Of a stretch of 64,000 nt of DNA, positions 1 through 13,179 are shown piece after piece. The stretch spans positions 434,001 through 498,000 of the forward strand of contig LSRY02000053.1 of NCBI GenBank assembly GCA_001643675.2, read 5' to 3'. Every line of letters starts with the position of its first letter. Position 1 is the stretch's first letter. This DNA is from Monocercomonoides exilis PA203 (lineage: Eukaryota > Protista > Preaxostyla). The notes under the pieces were generated by a model. It searched no databases, was not told the origin of the DNA, and saw nothing but the letters and a program-made list of their open reading frames with translations. A program made the translations under genes and the position numbers.

Positions 1-3000
1 AATAACGGTTGATCCTTCAATCTGAATTGTTTTCTTTCCAATCTCCTTTTTCATGCATTCCATCCCTTTTCACATCGTTTTGCATGGTTCTTTCTCACTT
101 CCGCATCTTGCAACATCATATCCTTCAGATGAGATGAATATCTCAAATGAGCTGAATGGAATGAGGAACATGAACAAATCTATGTTTGAATGAAAATCAT
201 CACTCCCCACAAATAAATTGTCATCATTTATCATTGATGAATAATCAAACTTGAATGACTCATTTGTCACAGAAGAATTAAAATCCTTACCCAAAATAAA
301 TATATTCTTTCCAATGGCTGCTTTGTTGTTTGCAAACGAGACGTTTTCTAAAAGAAATGGCTTCTCATTCAAACAATTTTCACAATCCAGATGCAAGAAT
401 CCTCCTTTCCCATTGTTTGAAGAAAATGAACAAAATGATGCATTTGTTGATTTAATGATCAAATCTTCGTCATTTTTCAATATCACTCTTGCAACGCCTC
501 CTTCTTCACCGCTTCTAGTGTTCACAATATTTGAAAAGTTGTTCTTTTCAAACAATACAGAAGAAGCCATTACAAATGGAGAATTTGAAAATGAATAATC
601 TGTCAGACTGCATCCTTTCAGCGTGCAACTTCCACTGGTTGTGGTTATCAACGAATATTGAATTATTTTTGATAATTGATTTTCAAAGGAACAGTTTTCA
701 AATTGAAGATGTTCGCTTGATGAGATCAAGGAATTCATACTTGGCACAAATTGACTTGGAATCTGTAACTTCAAAGCTAAAAAGCTGAGTGTCTTAATTG
801 ATGAAATAACAGTTTGAGATGATGAAGAATCTCCATTTATTGCTCCTTCAAAATAAACTGTTTTGTGTTTGGTTTCATCTCCCTCATTCACACACCCATC
901 AATCATTAGTGCATCTCTAAACGAAAAAACATTTTCAATTGTCCCTTCATCCCTCACTTTCACTTTCCTTTCTTCTCCAACTGCTGCACTTCTGTCAATG
1001 TGGTCAATTCCACTTTTCATTGATTGACATGGGAATATCTCATCTCCACATCCCAATGTGTCATGCCCACCAGTCGATACAGACACCTCCACCCACTTCA
1101 GAGAAACAAGAAACACTCGAAGATCCATTTCCCCATATTTCCCATCTTCTCCAACAAATGCATTCCCATCATCCTTGTAATCTGTGCAATCAATTGCAAA
1201 ACGCTCTGTCTTCACACTGTTCACCAGATTCCCACTCTTCACAAACATGTTCTTCCCAACTGCTGCTGAACATCCAGAAAACGATATTGATGAAAGTTGA
1301 AATGCTTCTTCATTCAGACTCCAATCCAGATAAATCCCTCCTCCTTTTCCTCCATTATTCACATCTTCACTCACACAGCAGCTGGATAAGGTGGTGTTGC
1401 TCACAGAAAATGTGTTGGCAGGGGCAGATGAGGTGAATGAGATGCACCCGCCATTGGTGGTAGTCTGTTGGTTTTGTGGAGCTGAGTTGATGTTGGTGAT
1501 GGTGCAGTTGGTGATAGCGAGGGAGAGGGCAGGGGAGGTGGCAGAGGAGAGGACACAGCTGGAGGGGGAGGCTGTGGAGGTGATGCCAGTGATGTTGGAG
1601 GAGTTGAGGGTGAGGGGAGCGGTGAGGGAGGTGAGGTGGAAGATGATTTGGCTGCTGAGGGAGAGTTGGGTGATTGCTGTGTGGTTGAGGGCGAGGGAGC
1701 CAGCAGTGAGGAAGAAGAGGGGGGTTTTTATTGTTATGGAGGTTGTTCCGGTGATAGTGGTTGTGTTGAGGTTGAGGGAATGGGAGTTATAGGAGAGGTG
1801 GAAGAGGATGGGGGTGATTGCATTTGTGGAGTTGTGGGAGATGGCGAGGGCAGAGACTGTGAGGGAGCCCTGTGTTTGTTGGAAGAGGGAAGAAGTGGCA
1901 GATGGATCGGGGGATGATGATGTTGAGTAAAATGATGATGGAGGTTTAAGAATTCTGCTGTAGGCGATGATGGTGGCATCTGTTACATTTCCTGTGATTT
2001 TTGTATCAACAGCGCTGAAAGTGAGTGTTTGAGTTGGAACAAATGTTGAGCTGTGGAGGGAGAGAGAGGCGTCTTGGGAATCTGTCATGCGAACAAGAGC
2101 GAATTCAATTGTTTTGCATGGACCGAGTTGTGTGATTCCGCAGAGATCGGTGTTTGTTCCGTTATTTGACACGATTTTGAAAGTTGTTATGAGGGGGAGC
2201 CAGCCATTGAACACGGAGTTAGCAGCCGTTCCTTGATTCCACACTCTTTTCGTTGGAGTTGTTGAGCCACAATTCTCGAATGGAGATTGGGTGATGCAGC
2301 TGCCATAAAAGAGCACATCATTGCCCCTGCCATTTGTTGCAGTATTTCCATCGAAGAAACAAAATTTGATGAATCTCATTTCATTCATCCAAGAATATGT
2401 TTCATCCAAAAAAATGGCAGCACCTCCATAAGATTTGAAGCAGAAAGATTGTTATTGATGAATAGGCATTCTATAATCGAGAATTGACTTGGCTTGGTTC
2501 CTGGTGGACTTGGAAATGTGAGAGAACCAGCAGAATTACCACCAGAATTTGAAATATACTGGCATTTTGTGAATAAGAATTGACCGTTTTTTGGAAAAGC
2601 TCCAATATTAAAATACCATCCAGGTCCACACCAACCAGATATTGAACAATTTTCGACTTTGTTTTCTGAAAGGTAATAAGCAGAATTTTGCTGTGGATTT
2701 GTTGTATGGACTGCTCCTCCATGAGCAGCCGAGCAACTTGTGAAATTGGATTTTATGATGTCAATTTTTAACAAACTATTGCAATATAACGCTCCGGCAT
2801 GATCGCTTGCCGAACATTTGTTGAACGAACAAGAAATGATTGTGAGATTTGCGTTTGCACAATAAACATAAAGCGCTCCTCCATGGACAGCTCCACCAGT
2901 TGTATCTTTCCATTCGCACCATTCAAAGCGATGACTGTTCACATCAAAAGAAGTCAATCTTCCAGGTTTAGCTCTTTGAGATTCAGTTCCAACATGCACA

Positions 3001-4049
3001 ACAGCAGCATTTGATGAAGAGCGTGTTTGGTGGAGAAAAGACGCATTGAAGGCAGAGAGAGAGGTGGAAGGGCTGTTGAGGTTGGGAAGGATGGAACCAT
3101 CGATGGGGTTGTGGGTATGTTGGAAGAGGGTTGAGTGGATGGATAGAGATGAGTGAAGGGAGAAGGAGGTGGTTGTATTGATTTTGGTGTTGGTGGAAGA
3201 GGTGGCTGAGATGAAGGGTTTGAATGAGACAGAGGGAAGGGATGGAAGGGATGGAAGGGATTGGGGAGATGAGATGTTGGAGAAGAGGGTGTTTGAGAGA
3301 TGGAGATTGAGATGGATTTGGAGGTGGGGATGGGATTGGTGATGGATATGGAGAGGGGAAGGGGAAGGAGAAGAGGAAAGGGAAGGGGATGGAGAAAGGG
3401 AAAGGGAAGGAGAAGGAGAAGGGAAAGGGGAAGAAAAAGAAGAAGAAGGAGAAGGGGATGGGGAAGAGAGGGAAGAAGGAGAAAAAAGGAAAGGCTGGAT
3501 GAGGGAGACGAAGGAGGAGAATGAGGAGTGAGAGATGGAGAAGGAGGCAGGGATTGGGGAGTGGGCATCTGGGAGGAGATTATATGGGGTGGAGAAGAAG
3601 GGGAAGGAGAGGACGGCTGGTTGGGTGGTGGTGAAGGAGAAGTTGGTGAGGGCGAGGGAGGCATGGGCAGAGAGGAAAAGTGGAGATTTTGTTGCTGGGT
3701 TGACTTGGCAAGTGGAACAGCAGATGGTGGCAGCTGAATGTTGGTGAGAAATGAGGAATGGCCAACCGGTGAGAGGGATGATGTTGAGATGGGCCACACA
3801 CAAGGAGGTGTTGACGATTTTTAGACATGTTTGAATACAGCAAACGTAATTGTAAGCTGGTTTTATAGCTTTCGCCATTGAATTGTAAAAATAATTGTTG
3901 TAATCGTGATTTTTATCTGCAATGCTGATCTTGCCTTTCTGTTTCGTATCGTTCCATTTTTGTTGAAATTGCCTTTCTGTAATGTATTTGCCATAACAAC
4001 CGTTTACAGCAAAAAGCAATAATACAACAATATGAAATGAAGCTCTCAT
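1..4049 (-). pseudogene. Large secreted/surface protein of a Cys-motif (CG...PCKT) repeat family with probable beta-helix-like segments; disrupted
   Basis: ORF 2385..4049 starts with a signal-peptide-like MRASFHIVVLLLFAVNGCYG. It joins ORF 70..2409 by a frameshift near 2430-2455 (...NLSAS / SYGGAAIFLDETY). Motifs CGITQLGPCKTI, GCGDEIFPCQSM, CGSEKEPCKTM and GGA/GGG turns recur. An in-frame TGA at 70-72 (likely from TGG) is followed by further open sequence to the window edge. Confidence 0.75.
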
Positions 4050-4726
4050 GTGGAGGAGAATCTCTTCAAAAATATGGATTCAGGATTAAAGCCCAAAATG
4101 AATAATCACTTTGCCCCATATTTATTTTTATCATTCCTAAAACATTTTGGACAAAATTCTTGCATAAATAAAAACAAACAAGGATTAAAACCAAACTTCT
4201 TCTGATATCATGACATCATTATTCTGACATTCTCGTTCAATATAAAATGAAGATATATTTGAAAGTTGAGAAAAGTGAATGAATGAACATTGTGGAACAA
4301 AATTCATATGACAAAAATTTTTTTCATTTTTGAATGAAAGTTTGATTTCAAAAAGGATCAACGATATATTTCGTAGTGTCAAACGGATGTGTATTGTGCA
4401 GCAACATTTTTCGACTTCAATAAACAATTTTCACTTTCAAACAGTTCTTGAATACAATCCAAAAGAATGAACACATATATTGTTTGTTGTTGCCCCACCA
4501 AACGTTGGATTTCATATCTTCACTGTTGGAACAGTACTCCCCAGGTTGGTTCATAAAATTCAAATCTAATATCACATTCTATCATGGCTGAATAAAAAAT
4601 TGATCGTATTAAATTGGCCTTCAACATATTCTAATCCTTTTCAACGTTTTGAAAAGACAGATTCCATTTTTGTTTTTTCACTCGAAAAGGTTCACTTGTT
4701 ATTATTTTTTTTTATTTTTTTTGAAG

Positions 4727-6034
4727 AATCGTAAACAGAACTTGGAAAATGCGCTGAAAATGAGCAGAAACAGAAAATCAAAGAAATGAATGAACTGATT
4801 GATGAGATGGTTAAAGAAGAATTTGATTCTGTTTTCACGATTGAACTTTTCAACAAAATGTTAAAAATGATAGAAGAAAAGTAACTGCTATTGGAAGATG
4901 CCATTTTGCTGTTGAAGGAAATGGGATGTCACAAAGTTATAAAAAAGTTGTGGAGTGCTATCTTCAATTGTTCTTCGTTATGCAAAAGGTTAATGAAGAT
5001 GATTGAAGAAAATAGGAAAAAAGAAGAAAAGAATGAAAATCCACTGCTTGATCTTTGTGAATGCTATCTTCTTCTGCACAATGACTCAGAGAAGTTACCA
5101 CAAAAATTGCTATCTATTTGTCTGTCATCCCTTCTGAAAGCTGCTTTGAAGAAAGAAAAAAGAAAGGAAACTCAAAGTGATGTTGAAATAGTATTTGCTG
5201 CATTGAGCAACATTGGACAATGGGTGGTATGAACTTCTTTTTCTTCAAGATGTTTATTGACTTGTGTTTTTTGAGCAGAGAATTGAAAAAGAGCTTTGTT
5301 TGAACGAGATGATAGAGATAATCAAACATCATCAGGAGCATCACAATCTGACGCATCTTGCGTATCTGTCAGCATGGGTGTTTTTGATGGACAGATCATT
5401 TGAAGAAAGAGGGCTGGAAGAAGTGATTGCGAATGAATTGCATGCTGCTAGAGAAACAGCAAGAGAATTGGAAGAGTTAGCAAAGTGTGTCGATTGGGAA
5501 AATGAAGAAGAAACGAAAAGGAAGAAAGAAGCATTTTTAATAAAGAAATGGATCTCTCTTGTCACAAGCCAGTTTCCACTTTTGATATCGCAAAAAGAGG
5601 ACAATGTCGAGCTTCTTCATTGCCTTGTCCAGCTGTGCAGGGCATCAAGAGAGAATGGACGCAAAATATATCGAAATTGCATCATTCTGTTTCAAAAAGT
5701 GGCAGAAGTGATAAAGGTGAATGTTGAAGTTTGGATGAAAGGAAGAGCAATTGACGTGATGTTGGAGGAAATGCATCAGTCAACGTTGGATGTTGATGTT
5801 GCAAGTGGCTGTTTGAGATTCTTCTTTGAAGTTTCCAAAAAATTAGATGGAAATGATGACATTGAAATTTATGAAGATAAAAGAAAGGATATGAAAATGG
5901 AGATATTTGAAAAGATGGAAGAAGAAGGATTTGAAGATGAAGTGACAAACATTTTTGGTATATTTTTTATTTTTAACGGAGAATATTACGCTGAAATGTC
6001 TTTGGATTTGACGGACTATCTTGTGAATAAGTAA
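4727..6034 (+). pseudogene. Copy A of 3-exon lineage-specific helical (~420 aa) protein family; pseudogene
   Basis: Homologous to copies at 7.6-9.1, 32.0-33.4, 36.1-37.5 and 50.9-52.4 kb (AILLLK, LCEC, HQEHHNLT.LAY, EEEG.ED motifs). GT-AG intron 5227..5278 joins ORFs 4891..5232 and 5264..6034 in frame. In-frame TAA stops near 4732 and 4882. Confidence 0.85.
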
Positions 6035-7596
6035 ATTAAATGAAATATATGAAAAAAGAAGTGTTTTATTTATATTTTATATTTAATTTTATTTTTTTCA
6101 ATTCAAAATTCTAAAAAAATTCTTTTTCTTTTTTTCTTCGGCTTTTTTCATTCAAAAAGCAATTTAAAGTTCGAATTTCGATCTGTTTCTGCAAATATAA
6201 CAAAAAACATTTAATGATTAATGCGAATTGAACAAAGAGTCTAAAGTTTCAAAGCTTCTTGAAATGGAGAAGAAGAGGATTCAGACGAATAATCACTTGA
6301 AGGAAAAGATGAAGAAAATTGAAGGCGACTTAATATTTCGTTGTTCTTTCAAATGCGTTGGTGCATTTTCTTTCATATAGCAGCTTCACACTTTGTTTCC
6401 GTTTGTCTTTTGATTCTTCGACTTTTAACTTTTCTGTCTTTTTCAGGTTTTGTATGAAGTATCTACCAACAAGAAGAGAGAATTGCTAAAATTAGATCCA
6501 TAAGCCGAAGATGCTGCTGAGATGAAATAAGGCTATGAAATGATGATGTGTGTAATTCTTCTCAGGTGAGAAAGATGAAGGCAAAGGCAAAGAAGTTGGA
6601 GATGAAAACATGACTGCAAGCCAATGAGCATTTCCTATTCAAAAAAATATCAATGCAGGCTTTTGATAGCAAATGCCGGAATGATATAAGCAATACATTT
6701 GTTTGTTTTGCTCTCTTTCGCTGAAAATGTATCTGCTTCTCTCTTTTCCACTGAGCTGATTTGCTGTCAAATTACTTTGGCTGTGAAAACATCTCAAAGA
6801 AGCATCTCTTTCTTGTAACAGTCTTCAAATGTTATTCCTTTTCGTTCGAATAATTCGAGCAAAAAGAGATAGCAGCGTGAGAAGAATTGAGGGTCCAACA
6901 AAATAATTCAAAAAGTTCGTTGAGAAATGCAAACGAAGAACCTTCAACTCGTCAGATAACTCGTTTTATTCATGAAGAAAGAAGGAATAAACCCGAAAGA
7001 CAGAAGTCAAAGTCTCAATCAGAAGTTGAAACAGATAAATCCTCTGAGAAAGCAGATGACAGAACGGGAAAGTGGAAACTGATACATGGTGAACCTGAAC
7101 AACTTATTTCTGAACAATCTGTTTGCTCTTGCTTCAGCTTTGTCTTCAACTTTTCCTTCTTCTTCTTCTGCTTCGACTTCGGCTTCTTCTTCTGTTTGCT
7201 GTCACGGTTAAGAAATGAAATGTTGTCATGCACAAGCAGTTATGAGACAAAGCTTGTCAAAAAACAGTTCATTCTGCAAAGCACATTGAACCACAACAGA
7301 AGTGCATTCATCGTCTTTGCTTCAGCTCTCACAGAAAAGTTGAACAAGCACGAGATATTCGGACTGAAGAGAAAAAAGAAGAAGAAAAATGACAGCTACA
7401 ATGCTTTGAACTGTATTTGAAGTGACGAAGAAACAATGAAATGAAACAATGCGATGATGCATTAATATTGAAGAAGATGATGAAGGAAATGAAGGAAATG
7501 AAAATGAAGAACATGAAGAACATGCAGAAGCTTATGAATTAAAATTCTGAGAAAAATTGTTAAACATTTTCCCGTCGAAACAAGCAAGAAAGGCGA

Positions 7597-8377
7597 TCAG
7601 CAATAAACATAATAATCATTCACATCTTTTGATAAACCATACAAAAAATACCTCCAAAAAATTGTTTCATAACGCTTGGTGATTTCATCTTCATATCCTT
7701 CTTCCTCAAACCTTTCAAATATCTTTCTTTTAATCATCTTCCTTTCCGTCTTCGAAGGTTTTTCTTCACTTTCTTTGCTTGTTTTTCCTTTCAGTCTTTT
7801 CGAAACCAATCCAAGCAAACTTAGGCATTCCTCCGTTAGAGATCTGTTCAATGTTGATTGGGAAATTTCTTCCACAAACAAGTTAGCTGCTCCTTCCAGA
7901 AAATTGGTTTCCGATATGGCGTTGATTGTATACATTTTCTTTACACAATAAATACAATCATTACATAATTCTCTGTGCAAATCATTCTGATTGTTCCTTG
8001 CTGCTCTGAACAGACAGACAAGACAGCCAAGAAGATCAGAGCATTCGCCTAAGCCTTCCTGAACACCATCAAACAATTCCCGCAGTAGTTTACACCATCT
8101 CAATATTGTAATCATTTCTTCCTTTTCTTTTCTCTCTCCCTTTTTTTCATTTTTCTTCCAATCCACACATTTCATCAGCTCTTCCAATTCTTTTGCTGCT
8201 TCTCTCACAAAATGCAGTTCATTCGCAATTACATCTTCCAAGCTTTTGTCTCTATAAAATCTGTTCATCAAAAACTTCCAAGTCGATTGATATGCAAGAC
8301 GAGTCAAATTATGATGCTCCTGATGATATTTGATAATCTCTTTGATCTCATTCAAGTACAACTCTTTATCTATTTTC

Positions 8378-8427
<50 letters not shown>

Positions 8428-9077
8428 GTAATAGTAGTAGTAATAATAATAATAAAACACAAAAATAATCAAACCACATAATACTCAATATTGCTTAAAG
8501 CCAGCAATTCCATTTCCGCTTCTTTTTGTGATTCATTATCTTCTTTTCTGTTCGATGCAACTTTCAGAAGACAAGACACGCAAATCAACGATAATTCTGA
8601 TGAGAAATAGAAGCTCAAAGAAGAGTAGCATTTGCAAAGATCGTCCAAAAACTTTTCAATCTTTCCTTCTTTTTTCTTATCTTCATCAATTATCATTTCT
8701 TCAAATCTTCTGTTCAATGCAGATTCATCAAAGTGCAGATTCCATATTCTTTGCATTTCTTTCCAATATCCAACGCGCTTTAACAACAAAATTGCATTTT
8801 CCAAAGATATTTTCTTTTCTTCAATCATTTTGTCAATTTCATTGAACAGCTTTTTAGTGAAAGTCCACCCTATTTCTTCTTTATTCATTCCATCAATCAT
8901 TTCATTCATTTCAAGGATTTTCTGTCTTTGATCTTCTTCATCGCAATCCTCAAGCTCAGAAAACAATTCTTCAATAAAGAAAGAATGTAATCTCCAGTAA
9001 TTCAAATGTTACAACGAGGACAAACCATAAAATCTTTTAGTTACACTCCTTGTCTGCATTTTTGTAACACATTGCAT
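7597..9077 (-). CDS. Copy B of 3-exon helical protein family, apparently intact
   Basis: ATG at 9077 (MQCVTKMQTRSVTKRFY). GT-AG introns 8969..9025 and 8377..8474, the second containing a (TTA)n tract, join the exons in frame. Stop at 7597. Confidence 0.85.
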
Positions 9078-10527
9078 TCAGAAAACAACAAAAATTTTAT
9101 CATTCATATTGAATTCGAATATCATTGGACAGAAGAAATAGATGAAAAATAAAAGCTCAAAAGAGTCAGTAAAATATGTGTTTATACCATTCTTTCTTTT
9201 GCTAACATTCTGGTAAAAGATTATGAAGAAAACCTAATGTTTTTTCTTTATTTGTTATGGGTTCAATGATCAAATGGTTATGTTTGAACTGGAATATCAA
9301 TCAGCAAAATGAGAGAACTGAGAATGAACATTTTCAATGGAATAAGATAAATTTTCACTTGAGATGACAATACATCTTTATCTTTGCATTGATAATGAAA
9401 TTCTTTCTGTTGATTTTAGGAGATTGGATGGCCAAGGGAAATACAACAATTTCATCAATTACGCAAAAAGATATAATGCATGCATTTCATATTGTTCTAT
9501 TGGTTGTGAAGATATTTCCATCTGTATCATTTCCAAAGTGCAGAAATATGAGTTATTGTTGAAATGGCCAATCTCTGCTTTACAGTGCATAAATATGGGA
9601 ATGGAACAGACTGTTATATAGCAATTGAGAAATAAATGAAGTTGCGCAAGATATATGATTTTTATTTGGTACAAGAGATGAAAACAAATTCAACTGATGT
9701 TTCATTGAATGAAGATTTATGGATGGAATTCTGTGAATGACAAAATCTGCACAAAATTATATAGAATTTAAGAGCGTAAGGCAGGGGAGCAGTTTTTTGG
9801 CAAGGAAAGTGGCTGGCAATATCGAGGGAAGGATATTTATCATATGAAAGGCAATAATTCAACGAAAAAAGGAGAACCCCAAAATATCGATTTTATTTAT
9901 AAGGTTTTCCTGTTTCTCTGAATGCGCCAAGTTTACATGGAAAGTAACGAAATACTATTTCTGATTCCGCTTTTGCTTCAAAAGAAAGGAGAAACTCCAA
10001 CTACGAGATATCCAATTATCGAACATTTGTTGGCAATCGAACTGCATGAGGACCAGCTGCATTTGGATTTAATTCTTCGAGGGATAACCATTTAAAGCGA
10101 AAACGTCAATTATCATTTGAAGTTTGCTTTCTTTAACGCAATATCCAATGAAAGAGAATTTGATGGTTTCTGTTTTCATCGTTTGTTTTTCAATGAAGTG
10201 GTTGTTTCACTCAGCTTTGAGTGTAGGTGCATGGTCCATTGAATTTTGTGCCTTAAATATCAAAGGAAGCATTGCAGTGGAATTGTCATCAACTGCATGA
10301 GTGTGATGAATGAATGCCAACTTTTTCTATCATTCTTCCTCTAAGTCGTTGAAACACAACCAACCCATTCAATTGATTTTCATCAGTGTTTATCTTCGTC
10401 GTACACAATCTCGTTGATATTTGATGCCTTTTAATCACACGGGTCGAAGAGTCATATCATTCAAACACAGAAATATGAAAATTATTATCTTTATCACCAG
10501 GTCCAAATCGTTTATCTATTGTGTTAA

Positions 10528-10565
<38 letters not shown>

Positions 10566-10752
10566 TTTCTTCTTCTTCTTCTTCTTCTTCTTCTTCTTCT
10601 TCTTCTTCTTCTTCTTCTTCTTCTTCTTCTTCTTCTTCTTCTTCTTCTTCTTCTTCTTCTTCTTCTTCTTCTTCTTCTTCTTCTTCTTCTTCCTTTTCTT
10701 TCTTTCTTTCTTTCTTTCTTTTTCTATTTTTTTTTTTTTTTTTTTTTTTCTT

Positions 10753-10791
<39 letters not shown>

Positions 10792-10800
10792 CGCATTTTT
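10528..10800. repeat. Compound microsatellite (TCA)n-(TCT)n-(TTTC)n-polyT
   Basis: Directly visible simple repeats; the overlapping ORFs are artefacts of these repeats. Confidence 0.97.
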
Positions 10801-11053
10801 TTAATTGAACAAACATTTTGAGACTGTTTCAAAAAATGGGTAAATTTTTTGTAAATAAGAAAAAACCAACGATTTGCTCCAAGCTTTTGTCTGCATTCGT
10901 ATAATTATAAGTCCATCATTCTCTTGCAAAAAAAATAAAGAAATAGAAAAAAAGAAAGAAAGATGAAAGAAAATTTTGTATTTAACAAAATTCCTAAAGA
11001 AGAAAGTTTCATCACATATTAGATTTTGAATGTATTATACTTAAAGTTGATAA

Positions 11054-11426
11054 TGGAGGACACTTTCAATAACTGTAGATAGAGGCATTTTTTCATCTAT
11101 TATAGATAGTTGCATTCAGATAATTAATCTAACTATTCCCTCATTGAATATGAACTAAACAGCCATACGAAAATGAAACAACTTGCTTCCAAGAATAGAG
11201 AAAAAAACAATTTTTGTTTTCGGAGAAACTGGAGAATCTTTTTTCTCCGAGTTTCTTTGAAAATAATAATTAATTATTTCAAAATTTAATTGTGATCTGA
11301 GAATGAAAAAAACAATTCACATCGGTTCATATTCAATGAAGGAATAATTGTGTAAATTGTCAAAATGTAACTGTCAACTGTTGTTGAGAAAATGCAACTG
11401 TCCACAGTTATTGAAAGTGTCCACCA
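11054..11426. mobile_element. Degenerate inverted-repeat (MITE-like) element
   Basis: TGGAGGACACTTTCAATAACTGTAGATAG at 11054 pairs with CTGTCCACAGTTATTGAAAGTGTCCACCA ending at 11426. An inner pair is TTCCCTCATTGAATATGAAC / GTTCATATTCAATGAAGGAA. Arms are about 100 bp. Confidence 0.7.
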
Positions 11427-11454
11427 CAATTTACACATACAAACACAATATTTA

Positions 11455-12221
11455 ACCATTTATTATTCAAATTTGGTAAACTTATTATTCAAAATTGTTA
11501 AACTAATTATTCAAAATTGGTAAACTAATTATTCAAAATTAATAAAATTCAGAATTTTTTATAAAAAAATTTTTTGATATAATGTGATCACTGGCTGATT
11601 GTCAGAAAGTGATTAAAATGTTTTGTTTTTTCATTATTCTTTAAAAGGATGAGAATTGAACCCCAATTTTTATTATTTGTGAATAAATTTGAAAATTTTT
11701 GATATTTCAGAAAAAAAACCATCATCCTTGTAATTGAATAATTTTCAAATGAATTCACCTCACATCGATAAATTATGTTAATTTCAATCAAGAAAAGTTA
11801 TTCGCATCAGTTTTTCAAGCAAAATACAAATATTTATTGGTACTGAATAAATCTGCAAATACACTTTAGAAAATCGTTAATTGTTTTTTATTGTTCATCT
11901 GAATAAATTTAAATTTCAATAACTTTACTTGATTGAATTTTACATTATTTATCGATGTGAGGTGAATTCATTTGAAAATTATTCAATTACAAGGATGATG
12001 GTTTTTTTTCTGAAATATCAAAAATTTTCAAATTTATTCACAAATAATAAAAATTGGGGTTCAATTCTCATCCTTTTAAAGAATAATGAAAAAACAAAAC
12101 ATTTTAATCACTTTCTGACAATCAGCCAGTGATCACATTATATCAAAAAATTTTTTTATAAAAAATTCTGAATTTTATTAATTTTGAATAATTAGTTTAC
12201 CAATTTTGAATAATAAATGGT
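11455..12221. mobile_element. Foldback/MITE element with ~300-345 bp near-identical inverted arms
   Basis: Arms 11455..~11802 and ~11918..12221; the mirror ORFs 11588..11791(-) and 11929..12132(+) are almost identical. Termini ACCATTTATTATTCAA...TTGAATAATAAATGGT. A 22-bp unit TTATTCAAAATTGGTAAACTAA occurs about 4 times in the left arm and 2 times in the right. Confidence 0.9.
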
Positions 12222-13179
12222 GTATCGAAAAATATTTTTTTTTTTTTTTTTACAAATTCTTCTTGTAATAAAAGGCTTATTATTTCTTGCATTAATTTTT
12301 GTATAAAAAGGCATGAGACAAATTAAAAAAAATAATCAGTTGCCAATAATCATTCAGTTTTTTTATGTAGTTGATTAACGTTTCCCAGTCAATTGAGTAT
12401 AATTTTGAAATAAAGAACCTTTTTAATTTTTGTTTATGCTGTTTGATCAAGATATATTATAACATATACATCTTTAAACTTTATTTTGTATGTTACAACA
12501 CCATTGTCATTCAACGCAATCTCACAAGAATTAATGTTGGTTAAAATATTATTTTTTTTTTTTCGTATATTAGATATTTTAAGGAAAGAAGCACACTTTT
12601 CGAGAATCCAATGAAATTTTGGGAATGAATAATTCTTTATCGGAATAGTTTTTTTGCATATCATTATGAAACGACCTTTCTCTGTATGAAACTGTCTTTT
12701 CGTAATAACTTAGTCTTTTCGATTTATTCAAAAATTATTTCGGAACTATTTTTTTCTTTCACGAAAGAATGTGCTTTACTCAATGAATATCACAAAAAAC
12801 AAAACGATGGGATCAATTTATTTTTCTGAATCAAAAATAACTTATGAAAAATTACATTATTTGTTGTTGAAATTAGAAAAAGGAAGATATTTATAATTAT
12901 TTATAGATATTTATAATTTGAAAAAAATTAAAGTCAAATCTAGGCGGCAAAAAAACCTGAATAAGCAACAATAATCAGGAAAAACCGAGCAAACAAAAAA
13001 TAAAAATGGTGAAAGAAAAATTTGTTTTCTTCATTGCTTTTTTCATTGGCGATGATTTCAGCAGTTGAAATTTTTCGTTGTTTCGAATGTTCGTTGCACA
13101 TGTTCTCTATTAGTGAGGCACTTCGAATTCTTTTAATTTTTTCTCTGAAAAAAGCATTCGATTCTGACTTTTTTTCTTT

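Noticed and set aside
2400-2455. Programmed frameshift at the A7/T7 run
   Set aside because: The frame switch maps upstream of the run (SYGGAAIFLD is already in the second frame), and the gene has another nonsense codon at 70-72. Mutation or sequencing error is more likely.
6240-7545. Possible gene remnants here and at ~9.3-10.5, ~30.0-31.7 and ~33.7-35.9 kb
   Set aside because: They look like decayed coding DNA, but no family could be supported from the sequence alone.
10421-10832. Poly-S, poly-L and poly-K ORFs
   Set aside because: These are translations of microsatellites.
11463-11550. CRISPR-like array
   Set aside because: The 22-bp units are head-to-tail with no unique spacers, the context is eukaryotic, and no cas genes are present.
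11588-12132. Two near-identical 67-aa ORFs as duplicated genes
   Set aside because: They are mirror products of the inverted arms, start at TTG and have non-coding composition.
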